DNA of 64,000 nt, taken from Nitrospinales bacterium (lineage in GTDB: Bacteria; Nitrospinota; Nitrospinia; Nitrospinales; VA-1). The notes below the pieces were generated by a model. The model was not told where the DNA came from. It searched no databases and worked only from the letters and a program-made list of their open reading frames with translations. The stretch is taken from NCBI GenBank assembly GCA_965262115.1, contig OZ253496.1, positions 576,001 to 640,000 on the forward strand. Reading direction: 5' to 3'. Below are positions 1 to 12,966 of this stretch, in pieces (position 1 is the first letter of the stretch; each line of letters opens with the position of its first letter). Position numbers and translations under genes: made by a program.

Positions 1-543
1 AGTCTATTATTTTATTTTTGCTAATTTTTACCTTTTGACCTTCAATTTTTTATTCTGCTCAGCGATTTCACTGAGGTGGTTTGATTTCACACATAACCTC
101 TATCGGCTGCTTATATTCAAGCTCAAACCCCAAGAGACCATCACCACATCCTATTTTGCTGTTTGTCAGGGTTTCCGGGAAAGTGACGGTTTCGGGCTGT
201 CCCCGGTTTATACCGATGAGGGACATTGGCACTGGAAAATAACCGAGTGGTCTTTAAAGGGGTGTTTCGCGAGGAAACCTTCACCCATACCACCCGTGTA
301 GAGAGGAAAAGTTCCGAAAAATAAAAAATTTTTCCAAACAGAACAGCCTTAAAAAAGCAAAAGTGTTGTTAATCACCCTGAAGAAAAAAATTTATCCATT
401 CAAAAGCCGCCACGACCGCGACAAAATTTTCAAACAATTGGTGAGGCAATCCCAACCCTCCTGAAATCGTTAATTCCCTCTATTGAATGATTCCATAATA
501 GAAGATAGAATAAAGAAACCTCCAAAAGCAGAGATTCCCTTTC

Positions 544-1455
544 ATGGCCCAACCTACAACCCGAAATTATTACAAGATTCTCGGCATCACCCAGAAAACT
601 TCCAAAGCAGATATCAAAAAACGATATCGGGAGCTGGCAAAAAAATACCACCCCGACACCAATGCGGGAAGCAAAAAAGCCGAAGACAAATTTAAGCTCA
701 TCTCCGAGGCCTATGAAACACTCAGTAACGCTAAAAAAAGGAAAGAGTACGATCGCCAGAGGGCCTATCAGAAAAAAACTCCGCGTCGGCCCCAGGGCCA
801 ACCCAATTGGAATGCTCCTCCCGGCGGATTCGGAAGGGAACCGGGTGGCAGCCAGCAGGGGTTTGAAGAACCTTTCGCCCAGGAACCGGAGCCGATTGAT
901 CCGGATATGCCGACCAGTGGGTTTGACCTGCAGTTCATGGTCGATGTCCCTCTCCCTGTCGCAGCATTGGGAGGAACTATTCATTACTCTTATGAGAAAT
1001 ATGTGCAATGCGAAGAATGTGAAGGAACCGGAACCCAGGGAAGTGATGAATGCGCGGAATGCCAGGGCAAACAACTGGTCGTCCGCTCTGTTACCTTGGA
1101 CGTAAAAATTCCTCCAGGCGTGGCCGACCAATACACTCTTGCCATCATCAAGGAAGGCGGGGCAGGCAGAAATGGAGGCCCTCCCGGAGACCTGTTTTTA
1201 AAAGTCTGCATACAGCCCCACCCAAAATTCAAACGGATCAAGAACGATATCATCCATGAAGTGACCATCCATTCCAAGTTGGCGGAAGAAGGCGGATCAC
1301 TTGAGGTTGAAACACTGAATGCCACCACAACCATTCAAGTAGAAGAAGAAACCCTGGTTGGAGAAGAATTACGCGTACCCGGAGAAGGCGCAGCCATAAA
1401 CTGGGGAAAAAAGCGGGGCGACCTCATTATCAAATTTAATATTGAGGAAAATTGA
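544..1455 (+). CDS. DnaJ-class chaperone (J domain, reduced Zn finger, DnaJ C-terminal domain)
   Basis: YYKILG...KYHPD...FKLISEAYETLS J domain; CEECEGTG and CAECQG; VKIPPGV...GPPGDL C-terminal domain. Confidence 0.9.
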   Translation: MAQPTTRNYYKILGITQKTSKADIKKRYRELAKKYHPDTNAGSKKAEDKFKLISEAYETLSNAKKRKEYDRQRAYQKKTPRRPQGQPNWNAPPGGFGREPGGSQQGFEEPFAQEPEPIDPDMPTSGFDLQFMVDVPLPVAALGGTIHYSYEKYVQCEECEGTGTQGSDECAECQGKQLVVRSVTLDVKIPPGVADQYTLAIIKEGGAGRNGGPPGDLFLKVCIQPHPKFKRIKNDIIHEVTIHSKLAEEGGSLEVETLNATTTIQVEEETLVGEELRVPGEGAAINWGKKRGDLIIKFNIEEN

Positions 1456-1457
1456 GC

Positions 1458-1724
1458 ATGAAGTTTATTTTATTCATGACCGGTTTCGCTTTGGCTCTCA
1501 TAGTAATCCTCTGGCTGATTTTTCGATCCGGAAAATCTCGCCCTTCCAAAAAACTCAAATCGCGGACGAAAAAAATTGCGCAACGGAAAAAAGGCAATAG
1601 AACTTTAAAGCCTGAACCGATCTCGCCAACAGGCGAACAACTGCGTGATAACGCTACGAAATTACTGAAAAAGAATCCGGAAGTGGTCAGCCAGGTGATA
1701 CGACAATGGCTACGCGATAAATAA
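1458..1724 (+). CDS. Small membrane-anchored protein with FliF C-terminal-like motif
   Basis: GAGGA RBS then ATG at 1458; N-terminal TM helix, basic linker, C-terminal KNPEVVSQVIRQWL. Confidence 0.7.
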   Translation: MKFILFMTGFALALIVILWLIFRSGKSRPSKKLKSRTKKIAQRKKGNRTLKPEPISPTGEQLRDNATKLLKKNPEVVSQVIRQWLRDK

Positions 1725-1727
1725 GGT

Positions 1728-2495
1728 TTAACCCTTGTGGGCCTTCACCTCTGCCGCATGAGCTTTATCCCTTTTAAGCATTGCGGCTCTTTCCTCTGAT
1801 GAAAATTCTCTTTTGGGAGTGGGTTTGGGGGTTCCTTCGGAAGCCTTGGGTGCAGCCGCAACGGGTGCCGCTGGCGCCGCATCGGCCGAAGCTTCTGCCG
1901 GTTTTTCACTGATTGCTTCTGCATTTGGGGCAGGTTCAGCCGCTCCTGCCTTAGCAGGCGGAGCCTCTCCCTCTTTACGGATCAACCGCATTGAAGACCA
2001 GACTTCTGCGGTGGGATAAGCCGTGTCGAGCCCTATCTTCAAATCCATGCGGATAATTTTTTCATCGGAACACTCGGTGATCCAGGTATTGGACGCGCCA
2101 CCGGGCGCAAATATTCCGTCAACAGGATAGTTTGTTCCGTTTTTATCGACCAGAGATTTGACACCGGTCTTATCGAAAAGTGTCAAGGCCTCGGCCTTAT
2201 TGGGAATCCGCCAATTATCGTAGCCACCAAACTTGTCTTTATTCGTGTTGACCCAGTCTACATATTCTCGATGATCTTGCCAGGTATAAAACTTTTTCAC
2301 ATCCAGCCAGGTATCGGTCTTCTTCCACATAAAACCGGTATTGGGATCGGTGATGGTTCCATCATCGTTATCGACAAGGGGTTCTCCTACCGGACCCGCC
2401 TTTTTTGCCGCCTCGGCTTTTTTGGCGGCGGCAAGTTTGGCCTTTTCAGTGGGCGATAAAGCTGCGGCTTCTGAAGAAGGGGGGGTCTCTGACAT
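1728..2495 (-). CDS. DUF1566 (Lcl C-terminal-like) domain protein
   Basis: DNDDGTITDPNTGFMW and GGYDNWRIPN motifs; Ala/Pro-rich tail. Confidence 0.8.
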   Translation of the reverse strand: MSETPPSSEAAALSPTEKAKLAAAKKAEAAKKAGPVGEPLVDNDDGTITDPNTGFMWKKTDTWLDVKKFYTWQDHREYVDWVNTNKDKFGGYDNWRIPNKAEALTLFDKTGVKSLVDKNGTNYPVDGIFAPGGASNTWITECSDEKIIRMDLKIGLDTAYPTAEVWSSMRLIRKEGEAPPAKAGAAEPAPNAEAISEKPAEASADAAPAAPVAAAPKASEGTPKPTPKREFSSEERAAMLKRDKAHAAEVKAHKG

Positions 2496-2497
2496 GC

Positions 2498-2779
2498 TTA
2501 ACCTTTGTGAACCGTAGAAGATTCAATCTCTTCTAAAATATCATTCAAATCTTTTCCCGTGTCGGTGATATCTTTCAATATCTCACCCAGCCTGGATGCA
2601 GAACAGGCATCTAACCGAGAGTGAAAATCCACTCTGTAGTCAGCGGCATTTTTACGGATCCAATCCACAGCGACCTGCTCCTGAGTCTCACAACTCATAT
2701 TAGCGCATTTTTTATCCAGCAGGTTCGTCTGGGATAACCGTATGATTTCACAAATCAAATCTTCTTTGATCCGGCTCAT
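2498..2779 (-). CDS. Hypothetical protein
   Basis: 93-aa ATG ORF ending 2 nt before the next co-oriented gene. Confidence 0.65.
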   Translation of the reverse strand: MSRIKEDLICEIIRLSQTNLLDKKCANMSCETQEQVAVDWIRKNAADYRVDFHSRLDACSASRLGEILKDITDTGKDLNDILEEIESSTVHKG

Positions 2780-3026
2780 ACTAAAATTTTAACACAAAAT
2801 ATGACGGTAAATTAGCCCTTTGGCTGTAAAAAGGGGCCACTCTATAACGGTTTTTCAGGCTTGTCAACGTGATATTTCTGTAACCATATATATCTTTGAT
2901 ACTTATAGAGTTATCGCTATTTTTCCGGCATGGACTGGCAATATTTCCCGGACACGGTTTTATCGCCTCGTTCCACAAACATGATGCCCTTTTAACGGGG
3001 CAATGGGAGCCTACAACCTGCCCTGC

Positions 3027-3839
3027 TCAGCTCGAGGATCGAGGGTCAAAAACCTCGCGCAAGCTATCCCCTAAAAAATTGAACGAAAGGATGGTTAAGA
3101 AGATTGCCAAAGAGGGAAACAAAATAAGGTGCGGATAAAACTTGATCGCCGTCCAGCCATCGTTGGCCAAGGTCCCCCAACTGCTGAATGGAGGAGCTAT
3201 TCCCAACCCGATAAAACTCAATGTCGACTCGGCTAAAATCGCCATAGGTATGCGAAAACTCAAAGTCACCACCAGAATACCGAGGATGTTAGGAAGAATT
3301 TCCCGCACCAGTATCCTTGCAGGGCTTGCGCCCAGTGCACGGGCCGCCATCACGTAAGGAAACTCTTTGATCCTGAGGACCTCTCCGCGCACCAGCCTGG
3401 CAACCGTGACCCAACTCACCAACGTCAACGCAACAAAAACCCCCGCCACTCCCCGCCCCATCAAAACGGTGATGAGAATAATCATCAACAAGTCGGGCAA
3501 AGCGAAAACCACATCCACCAGCCGCATCATCAGGTTGTCGGTCCTGCCGCCGATATAAGCCGAAATGGCTCCATAGACCGTTCCGATCAGCAAGGCGAAC
3601 AAAGTGGTAAACACACCGATAAACAGTGACACCCGCGCTCCATAAATCATGCGCGAAAGAAGATCGCGACCCAGACGGTCGGTGCCCATCCAATGCTCCA
3701 GACTGGGAAAAGCCAGAGTCTGCAACGTGTCCTGCGTTTCATAGGAATACGGAGCCACCCATGGGGCCAACACCGCAATCGCGGAAACAGTCAGCAGGAA
3801 ACCAGCACTCAATTTAGAAGTCAGGGAATATTTATTCAT
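3027..3839 (-). CDS. oppC: Oligopeptide/dipeptide ABC transporter permease (OppC/DppC)
   Basis: HWMGTDRLGRDLLSR, EAA-loop-like YVMAARALGA, ESTLSFIGLG. Confidence 0.9.
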   Translation of the reverse strand: MNKYSLTSKLSAGFLLTVSAIAVLAPWVAPYSYETQDTLQTLAFPSLEHWMGTDRLGRDLLSRMIYGARVSLFIGVFTTLFALLIGTVYGAISAYIGGRTDNLMMRLVDVVFALPDLLMIILITVLMGRGVAGVFVALTLVSWVTVARLVRGEVLRIKEFPYVMAARALGASPARILVREILPNILGILVVTLSFRIPMAILAESTLSFIGLGIAPPFSSWGTLANDGWTAIKFYPHLILFPSLAIFLTILSFNFLGDSLREVFDPRSSS

Positions 3840-3843
3840 GCAT

Positions 3844-4761
3844 TTATTTCAAAGTTACTCTCGGGTCCAGCCAGCCGTAAATCATATCGACCACCAAATT
3901 GGCGACCACAATCAGCACCGCGTAAACCAGCGTCACTCCCATGATTAACGGATAATCCCGGTTGGTCACAGCGGTGATGAAGAACCGTCCCATCCCTGGA
4001 ATGGAAAAAATAAATTCAATCACAAATGACCCGGTGATCAGTCCGGCGGTCAAAGGACCCATCACCGAAACAATGGGATAGATGGAGTTGATCAAAACAT
4101 GTTTGAACATGATCACTGGCTCCGTCAGGCCCTTGGCCCGTGCAGTGCGGATATAGTCGGAAGATAAAACATCCAGCATCGTGGTGCGGGTCAGCCGGGC
4201 GACATAGCCGGCAAAACCGGCCCCCAAGGCAAATGCCGGTAAAATCATGTGGCGGGGTCCTTCCCACAAGGCAGGCGGGAGCCAGTGCCAGTGATGCGAA
4301 AAAACCCATACGGAGATTGCCCCCAGCACAAAACTGGGCACAGAAATTCCCATCGCCGCCAAAAGCAGGACAGACCGGTCCAGCGCAGAGTTTTGCCAGT
4401 ATGCCGAGATCATCCCGGCAGGCACCCCCAACCCCAAAACAACCAGAACCGCGCAGAGTCCTAAAGTAAAAGAAACCGGAAACGTGTCCCGGATGATATC
4501 CGAAACATCGCGCCCCAGATATTTATAAGACGGCCCCAGATCGCCCTGCAACAATTGCTTCATGTATAGAAGATATTGCAGTGGAACAGGCTTATCGAGA
4601 TGATACTTGGCTTCTATATTGGCGATGATTTCCGGAGGAAGAATTTTTTCCGAATCGAACGGTCCGCCTGGAACCACATGCATAATGAGAAAGGTGAGCG
4701 TCGCAACCGTGATCAGAACAGGTACTCCTAATAAAATCCGCCTGAGAACAAATCGCAACAT
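3844..4761 (-). CDS. oppB: Oligopeptide/dipeptide ABC transporter permease (OppB/DppB)
   Basis: PGGPF, GDLGPS, DYIRTARAKGL, RDYPLIMG, LDPRV. Confidence 0.92.
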   Translation of the reverse strand: MLRFVLRRILLGVPVLITVATLTFLIMHVVPGGPFDSEKILPPEIIANIEAKYHLDKPVPLQYLLYMKQLLQGDLGPSYKYLGRDVSDIIRDTFPVSFTLGLCAVLVVLGLGVPAGMISAYWQNSALDRSVLLLAAMGISVPSFVLGAISVWVFSHHWHWLPPALWEGPRHMILPAFALGAGFAGYVARLTRTTMLDVLSSDYIRTARAKGLTEPVIMFKHVLINSIYPIVSVMGPLTAGLITGSFVIEFIFSIPGMGRFFITAVTNRDYPLIMGVTLVYAVLIVVANLVVDMIYGWLDPRVTLK

Positions 4762-4871
4762 AAGATTATTTTACCATACACCAAGGCGGAGCGAGAAAAG
4801 GACGGTAGCAAGAGGTTTCAACCGAGATAACCTGTTGTTTGTCAGATAGGTCAATGCAAGCTGGCAGCATA

Positions 4872-4910
4872 TTATGACCCATCATCAGTCTTCATGCTCC
4901 GAAGGGGTAC
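4872..4910 (+). repeat. Dispersed ~40-bp element, copy 1
   Basis: ttatgacccatcatcagtcttcatgctccgaaggggtac; near-identical to the copy at 46246. Confidence 0.85.
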
Positions 4911-4994
4911 GCCTGAGGGGGGGGGAATAATTTCCTTCCAAACCTGGCCGGTAGGATATAATACAAGGCCGTTTATTTTTTTACCGGAAGCTTC

Positions 4995-6815
4995 ATGAAC
5001 TACCATTCATTAAGAGAATTCATAGACCGGTTGGAGTTTGAGGGAGAACTCCTGCGGATCAAAGAACACGTTTCTCCCATTCTCGAAATCGCGGAAATCA
5101 CCGACCGGGTCTCCAAACAACCCAATGGTGGAAAAGCCCTGCTGTTCGAAAATGTTGAAGGCAGTTCCATGCCGGTGCTGATCAATGCCTTTGGCAGTGC
5201 GAAACGCATGAACATGGCGCTGGGTGTCCATAACATTGAGGACATCCCCAGAAGAATCGAACGCTATATAAAGATTCCGCCTCCCACAACTCTATTGGAA
5301 AAAGCAAAGCTTTTGCCCATGCTTTTGCAGGCGGCGCAGTTTCCGCCCAAACTCTTGCGCACGGCTCATCCTCCCTGCCAGCAAGTCGTCCATATGAATG
5401 ACGATATCGATCTGGGAATGATTCCGATTCTGCAGTGCTGGCCCCAAGACGCGGGGCGGTTCATCACCTTTCCCATTGTTATCAACCGCAGTGCCGACAA
5501 AAAAATCAGGAATGTCGGACTCTACCGCATGCAGGTGTATGACAAAAAAACCACCGCCATGCACTGGCATATCCATAAGGACGGTGCCCATTTTTTCCAT
5601 GAATATAAAAAACAGAATAAGATAATGGAAGTCGCGGTTGCCCTCGGCGCCGACCCGGCATCCTGCTATTCCGCTTCCGCTCCCCTGCCCTATGGCATTG
5701 ACGAGTTTCTCCTCGCCGGTTTTATCCGCAAGCAAAGCGTACCGTTGGTGAAATGCAAAACGGTTGATCTGGAAGTTCCGGCCAATGCAGAAATTGTTCT
5801 GGAAGGATTCATCGACCCCTCGGAAATGCGGCTGGAAGGTCCGTTCGGCGACCACACCGGCTATTACTCGCAGGATGGGGATTACCCGGTCCTGCATCTC
5901 ACTGCTATCACGCACCGCAAAGACCCTGTTTATCTGACCACCATCGTGGGCAAACCTCCTCAGGAGGATTTTTATCTGGGCCGGGCCACCGAGCGCATCT
6001 TTCTGCCTCTGCTAAAAACCCAGCTTCCTGAAATCGTGGATATGGATATGCCGGTGGAGGGAGTCTTTCACAATTGCGTCATTGTTTCTCTCGACAAGCG
6101 TTACCCCATGCAGTCCCGACGGCTGATGAGCGCTCTATGGGGACTAGGCCAAATGAGTTTTGTCAAAACCATTGTCACCGTTGATGCCGAGGTCAATGTT
6201 CATGACTATGAAGAGGTGGCAAACCTTTTACTCGGCAAGGTGGATTTTCAAACAGACCTGTTTTTCTCTGAAGGAATTCTCGATGTACTCAACCATGCTT
6301 CCGACCAGACGCTATACGGCTCGAAGCTGGGCATAGATATTACCACGAAAATTGAAGGCGAGCCGGGTTACGGCAAAGAGGCCCATGCCCTCCCCCAAAC
6401 CCACACGCTTCCAACACCTGAACAAGTGATGGAAGCATTTCAGGAGCTTAAAGCCTGCCGGATTTTAGAACTTCAAGCCCCCGTTCTGCTAGTGGCTCTC
6501 GATAAAACCGCTCCCAATCAGGGTGAGGAGTTCATCGATTCGTTTCTCGATCATCCTGACTTTTCTGCTATTGAAATTGTCATCGTGCTGGAAGGCCATG
6601 TCGATGTCGAAAACCTCTCTGCCGCAATGTGGAAGTTTTTCAACAACCTGGATCCAAAACGGGACTTTCATTTTCAGGAGGAACGGCTGGGCATTGATGT
6701 GACGCAAAAGTTCCCCGAAGAAGGTTATCAACAACACTGGCCGGACGAGATTGAAATGACTTCGGAGATTAAAACCATGGTCGATCAAAAATGGAACGAC
6801 CTGTTTAAGGAATAA
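4995..6815 (+). CDS. UbiD-family decarboxylase, menaquinone (futalosine pathway, MqnL-like) type
   Basis: [36 protein letters not shown]; extended C-terminus with a second DPKRD/GIDVT segment. Confidence 0.85.
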   Translation: MNYHSLREFIDRLEFEGELLRIKEHVSPILEIAEITDRVSKQPNGGKALLFENVEGSSMPVLINAFGSAKRMNMALGVHNIEDIPRRIERYIKIPPPTTLLEKAKLLPMLLQAAQFPPKLLRTAHPPCQQVVHMNDDIDLGMIPILQCWPQDAGRFITFPIVINRSADKKIRNVGLYRMQVYDKKTTAMHWHIHKDGAHFFHEYKKQNKIMEVAVALGADPASCYSASAPLPYGIDEFLLAGFIRKQSVPLVKCKTVDLEVPANAEIVLEGFIDPSEMRLEGPFGDHTGYYSQDGDYPVLHLTAITHRKDPVYLTTIVGKPPQEDFYLGRATERIFLPLLKTQLPEIVDMDMPVEGVFHNCVIVSLDKRYPMQSRRLMSALWGLGQMSFVKTIVTVDAEVNVHDYEEVANLLLGKVDFQTDLFFSEGILDVLNHASDQTLYGSKLGIDITTKIEGEPGYGKEAHALPQTHTLPTPEQVMEAFQELKACRILELQAPVLLVALDKTAPNQGEEFIDSFLDHPDFSAIEIVIVLEGHVDVENLSAAMWKFFNNLDPKRDFHFQEERLGIDVTQKFPEEGYQQHWPDEIEMTSEIKTMVDQKWNDLFKE

Positions 6816-6831
6816 TTGGTACTCCGACATA

Positions 6832-9657
6832 ATGGCACTGGAACACATCACCATAAAAGGCGCAAGGGAACACAACCTTAAAAACCTCAATCTCACTCTG
6901 CCACGGGAAAAACTTGTGGTAATAACGGGGCTAAGCGGTTCAGGAAAGTCGTCCCTCGCATTTGATACCATTTATGCCGAGGGCCAACGCCGATACGTCG
7001 AATCCCTTTCTGCCTACGCGCGGCAGTTTCTCCAATTGATGGAAAAACCCGATGTGGACTCCATTGACGGACTCTCCCCCGCCATCTCTATCGAGCAGAA
7101 AACGTCAAGCAAAAATCCCCGCTCCACCGTTGGCACGGTGACGGAAATTTACGACTATCTGCGCCTGCTCTACGCCAGAGTCGGCAAGGTTTCCTGTTAC
7201 GCTTGCGGACGGCAAATCACTTCACAAACCGTGCAACATATTGTTGACCAGGTTCAGGCTATCCATATCGGCAAGAAAGTGATGATTCTTTCCCCTGTAG
7301 CCCGGAACAAAAAGGGAGAATTTAAAAGAGAAATTCTGGATATGAAACGGAACGGATTCGTGCGCGCACGGATCAACGGGGAAGTTCGCTCTCTGGAAGA
7401 GGAAATTGTTCTCAACAAAAAATTCAAGCATACTCTGGAAACAGTGGTGGACAGGCTAGTCATTAAGGAAAAAATGGGCAAACGGCTGGCCGACTCGGTC
7501 GAAACCGCACTCAATCATGGAGAGGGCTCCCTGGTCGTTGCAATTCTTGAGGATGACAAGGAATCTCAGGAATTGTTGTTCAGCGAAAAATTCGCCTGCA
7601 GTTATTGTAACATCAGTTATCCGGAACTGGAACCGCGCCTGTTCTCCTTCAACAATCCGCAGGGAGCCTGCGCTCAATGTGATGGTCTGGGAATCAAAAT
7701 GGTGATCGACCATGAACTGGTCGTTCCGGATCCTAAGCTTTCTATCCGTGATGGAGCTTTGAAACCCTGGGAAAAACGCAGTTCCATCTATTTCCACCAA
7801 ATGCTGGATACGATTTCCAGTCACTTCAAGTTCAAACTCAGCACCGCATTTGAGAAACTTCCTAAAAAGATTCGCGATATTCTGTTATTCGGCTCCGGTG
7901 ATGAACCGATAAAATATTATTTTGAAAAAGACGACAAAAAAAAATTCTATACCGACACCTTCGATGGAGTGATTCCAGACCTGGCGAGGCGTTACCGGGA
8001 AACTGATTCCACCTCCAGCCGCGAAGAGATTGCGCGCTACATGCGTCCCCTTTCCTGCCAAGCCTGCGGCGGCGACCGGTTACGGAAAGAAGCCGTCTCG
8101 GTAAAGATCGCCAACCTGAATATCGTAGAACTCACGGCATTCTCCATCGGTCGGGCCTATCAATTTTTTCAGGCGTTGAAGTTAAGCCGGCAGGAACACA
8201 ATATCGCCCGCAGGATCGTCAAGGAAATTAAGGAGCGGTTGGGGTTCCTCACCAATGTCGGGTTGGAATATCTTTCTCTCGACCGTTCCTCAGCCACCCT
8301 GTCGGGAGGAGAAGGTCAGCGTATCCGTCTCGCCACCCAGATCGGCTCCAGTTTAATGGGAGTTCTATACGTCCTCGATGAGCCCAGCATTGGACTGCAC
8401 CAGAGAGACAATGACCGTCTGCTCAACACCCTTGTCCGCCTGCGTGATCTTGGTAACACCGTCATCGTCGTCGAGCATGATGAGGCTACCATCCGGGCCG
8501 CCGACTATGTTGTGGACCTCGGACCTGGCGCGGGGGTTCATGGCGGTGAAACTATTTTTGCTGGCACACCAAAAGCCCTGCTGAAATCGAAAGACTCCCT
8601 GACAGGACAATATCTATCGGGGAGGAAAAAGATTCCACTGCCCAAAAACCGGCGCAAGGGCAGTGGCAAAATACTTGAGATTCAAGGAGCCCAGGAAAAT
8701 AACCTGAAAGAAATATCGGTAAAAATTCCTCTCGGTTGTTTTGTCTGCGTCACCGGAGTGTCCGGTTCGGGCAAGAGCACGCTCACCATTGATATTTTAT
8801 ATAAGGCTCTGGCCCGACATTTTTGGAACTCGCTGGACAAGCCCGGAGAGTTTAAAAAAATCCAGGGCATTCAATGGCTCGACAAAGTCATCGATATTGA
8901 TCAATCGCCAATAGGCAGAACGCCCAGGTCCAATCCCGCCACCTATACCGGCGTGTTCACCCTTGTGCGCGAATTGTTCAGCCAGGTTCCCGAGTCCCGC
9001 GCCCGTGGCTACAAACCGGGCCGGTTCAGCTTTAATGTTAAAGGGGGACGATGCGAAGCCTGCCAGGGCGATGGGGTCATTAAAGTGGAGATGCATTTTC
9101 TCCCCGATGTGTTCGTCACCTGCGAGGTTTGCCAGGGCAAACGCTTCAACCGCGAAACCATGGAAATTTTTTATAAAGGAAAAAATGTTGCCGATGTGCT
9201 GAATATGACTTCGGAAGAAGCCAAGGAGTTTTTCACCAACATTCCTCCCATTAAAACCAAACTGCAAACCATCACCGATGTCGGGCTCGATTACATCCGC
9301 CTCGGCCAGCAGGCCACCACATTATCCGGCGGCGAGGCTCAGAGGGTAAAGTTGTCCAAGGAGTTGAGCAAGCGCAGTACCGGCAGAACCCTGTACATTC
9401 TGGATGAGCCGACAACAGGACTACATTTTGCAGACATTGAGCATTTGCTGAAGGTTCTCAACAAACTGGTCGATGCCGGCAATACGGTTATCATTATTGA
9501 GCACAATATGGATGTGATCAAAACCGCCGATCATATCATCGACCTCGGCCCTGAAGGTGGCGACGGAGGAGGCCAAGTGCTTGCCGAAGGCCCGCCGGAA
9601 AAAGTCGCAAAAGTTAAAGCTTCTTACACCGGGAAATATTTAAAGGAATACCTTTAA
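6832..9657 (+). CDS. uvrA: Excinuclease ABC subunit A
   Basis: [23 protein letters not shown], two ABC cassettes with LSGGE, Zn fingers; 941 aa. Confidence 0.99.
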   Translation: MALEHITIKGAREHNLKNLNLTLPREKLVVITGLSGSGKSSLAFDTIYAEGQRRYVESLSAYARQFLQLMEKPDVDSIDGLSPAISIEQKTSSKNPRSTVGTVTEIYDYLRLLYARVGKVSCYACGRQITSQTVQHIVDQVQAIHIGKKVMILSPVARNKKGEFKREILDMKRNGFVRARINGEVRSLEEEIVLNKKFKHTLETVVDRLVIKEKMGKRLADSVETALNHGEGSLVVAILEDDKESQELLFSEKFACSYCNISYPELEPRLFSFNNPQGACAQCDGLGIKMVIDHELVVPDPKLSIRDGALKPWEKRSSIYFHQMLDTISSHFKFKLSTAFEKLPKKIRDILLFGSGDEPIKYYFEKDDKKKFYTDTFDGVIPDLARRYRETDSTSSREEIARYMRPLSCQACGGDRLRKEAVSVKIANLNIVELTAFSIGRAYQFFQALKLSRQEHNIARRIVKEIKERLGFLTNVGLEYLSLDRSSATLSGGEGQRIRLATQIGSSLMGVLYVLDEPSIGLHQRDNDRLLNTLVRLRDLGNTVIVVEHDEATIRAADYVVDLGPGAGVHGGETIFAGTPKALLKSKDSLTGQYLSGRKKIPLPKNRRKGSGKILEIQGAQENNLKEISVKIPLGCFVCVTGVSGSGKSTLTIDILYKALARHFWNSLDKPGEFKKIQGIQWLDKVIDIDQSPIGRTPRSNPATYTGVFTLVRELFSQVPESRARGYKPGRFSFNVKGGRCEACQGDGVIKVEMHFLPDVFVTCEVCQGKRFNRETMEIFYKGKNVADVLNMTSEEAKEFFTNIPPIKTKLQTITDVGLDYIRLGQQATTLSGGEAQRVKLSKELSKRSTGRTLYILDEPTTGLHFADIEHLLKVLNKLVDAGNTVIIIEHNMDVIKTADHIIDLGPEGGDGGGQVLAEGPPEKVAKVKASYTGKYLKEYL

Positions 9658-9663
9658 TATTTT

Positions 9664-10131
9664 CTAGGGCTTGATATACAAATAACCCTGTTCCTGCAAA
9701 TCAGCGATACGTTTGACTGCCACAGGATGTTCCGTCGGAATAAAACCCGGCTCCAGAGAATCAAGCGGTTTCCCGAACAACTTCATCGAAACCTGACACA
9801 TTTCAGGTTGCACCCCTTTGGCAATGATCATGGCCAGTTTCTTTTTCAAAACCGGGTCGATGGTTTCTTTATCGAAAAGTTTCAGGGCCGGGCCGTGTAC
9901 CACCACTTTTATATCTATCTTGTCCGGTCCGCCTTCGGCTTCTATATGCTTGCTGATCAAGGCCATCGCATATTTTGCCACACCCACATCCGTACCATCG
10001 ATATGATACAAAACTTTGAGCCTGCCATTTTCATCACGATTATTCGCACCCTCTACCGTGGAACACAAAATAAATAAGCCCGCGAATATTGCGATAAACT
10101 GAAAAATCCAACCCCTTTGTATATTGGTCAT
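9664..10131 (-). CDS. DsrE-family protein with signal peptide/TM
   Basis: KVLYHI, KVVVHGPAL, MCQVS, LQEQGYLYIKP. Confidence 0.8.
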   Translation of the reverse strand: MTNIQRGWIFQFIAIFAGLFILCSTVEGANNRDENGRLKVLYHIDGTDVGVAKYAMALISKHIEAEGGPDKIDIKVVVHGPALKLFDKETIDPVLKKKLAMIIAKGVQPEMCQVSMKLFGKPLDSLEPGFIPTEHPVAVKRIADLQEQGYLYIKP

Positions 10132-10239
10132 GAAACCCTCCCACTGTGAATTATTGATAGTACCTAGTCTATCACTTCGAGAAATCCTCGGGGGGGTATA
10201 AAATGTAGGAATTGAGATTGGTAGGAGAGGGGTAAGCTA

Positions 10240-12059
<1,820 letters not shown>

Positions 12060-12096
12060 TCATTCGCCTCCACTAATTTCAGTATTTTTCACACCA

Positions 12097-12963
12097 TCAA
12101 CCCTTGAGGGCTTCGGCGCCATTTACAATTTCTATCAATTCTTTGGTAATGTATGCCTGCCGGGCTTGATTATAAGTCAACGTCAAGTCGCCGATCATTT
12201 CACCGGCATTGCGGGTGGCATTGTCCATCGCTGTCATACGGGCTCCGTGCTCACTGGCACTGGACTCCAGAAACGCGCGGTACACCTCAACCGTCATATA
12301 ACGCTTCAGCAGTTGATCCAGAATCGTTTCTTCATCCGGCTCATAGATGTAATCCACGACAAACGTATCGTCTTTTTTCTCCACCTTTTCGGGGATAACA
12401 GGGAGCAATTGTTCAACCACGACCTCCTGTTGCATCACCGACTTAAATTCGTTGTAAATCATGAAAACTCTATCGACTTTTTTTTCGGCAAACAAAGTGG
12501 CAAGGTTCTCACCAATTTCCTTGGCTTTCAGGTAGTCAAAGCCTTTCGTCCATCCAATGATATCCTGCCTGATCTCGACCGGGCGATTCCGAAAAATATC
12601 ATTGCCCTTTTTACCGGCAACGATCAGGGAGTTTTCATTCTGCGCATTATCTTTGAGGTATTGGGCCGTTTTGCGGATGATGCTACCGTTGAAACCGCCA
12701 CACAAACCTTTGTCCGAAGTGATGATGAGGAGCAAAGTTCGGTCCCCTTCCCGTACATCCAGCAAGGGATGAAAATCATGATTACATCGCGCCGCCAAAT
12801 GATTGAGAACATCCATCATCTTAATCGCGTAAGGCCGGGCCTCAAGAATGGCTAGCTGAGCCTTGCGCAATTTCGATGCCGCAACCAACTTCATGGCTTT
12901 GGTGATTTGCTGTGTATTTTTTACGCTTTGGATGCGTCTTTTAATATCTTTTAAATTAGGCAT
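12097..12963 (-). CDS. atpG: ATP synthase F1 gamma subunit
   Basis: ITKAMKLVAASK, SDKGLCGGFN, RQAYITKELIEI. Confidence 0.99.
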   Translation of the reverse strand: MPNLKDIKRRIQSVKNTQQITKAMKLVAASKLRKAQLAILEARPYAIKMMDVLNHLAARCNHDFHPLLDVREGDRTLLLIITSDKGLCGGFNGSIIRKTAQYLKDNAQNENSLIVAGKKGNDIFRNRPVEIRQDIIGWTKGFDYLKAKEIGENLATLFAEKKVDRVFMIYNEFKSVMQQEVVVEQLLPVIPEKVEKKDDTFVVDYIYEPDEETILDQLLKRYMTVEVYRAFLESSASEHGARMTAMDNATRNAGEMIGDLTLTYNQARQAYITKELIEIVNGAEALKG

Positions 12964-12966
12964 GGA

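Noticed and set aside
4917..4925. G9 tract as a phase-variation switch for the UbiD gene
   Set aside because: It lies upstream of the apparent -35/-10 region of a housekeeping gene, with no evidence of variability.
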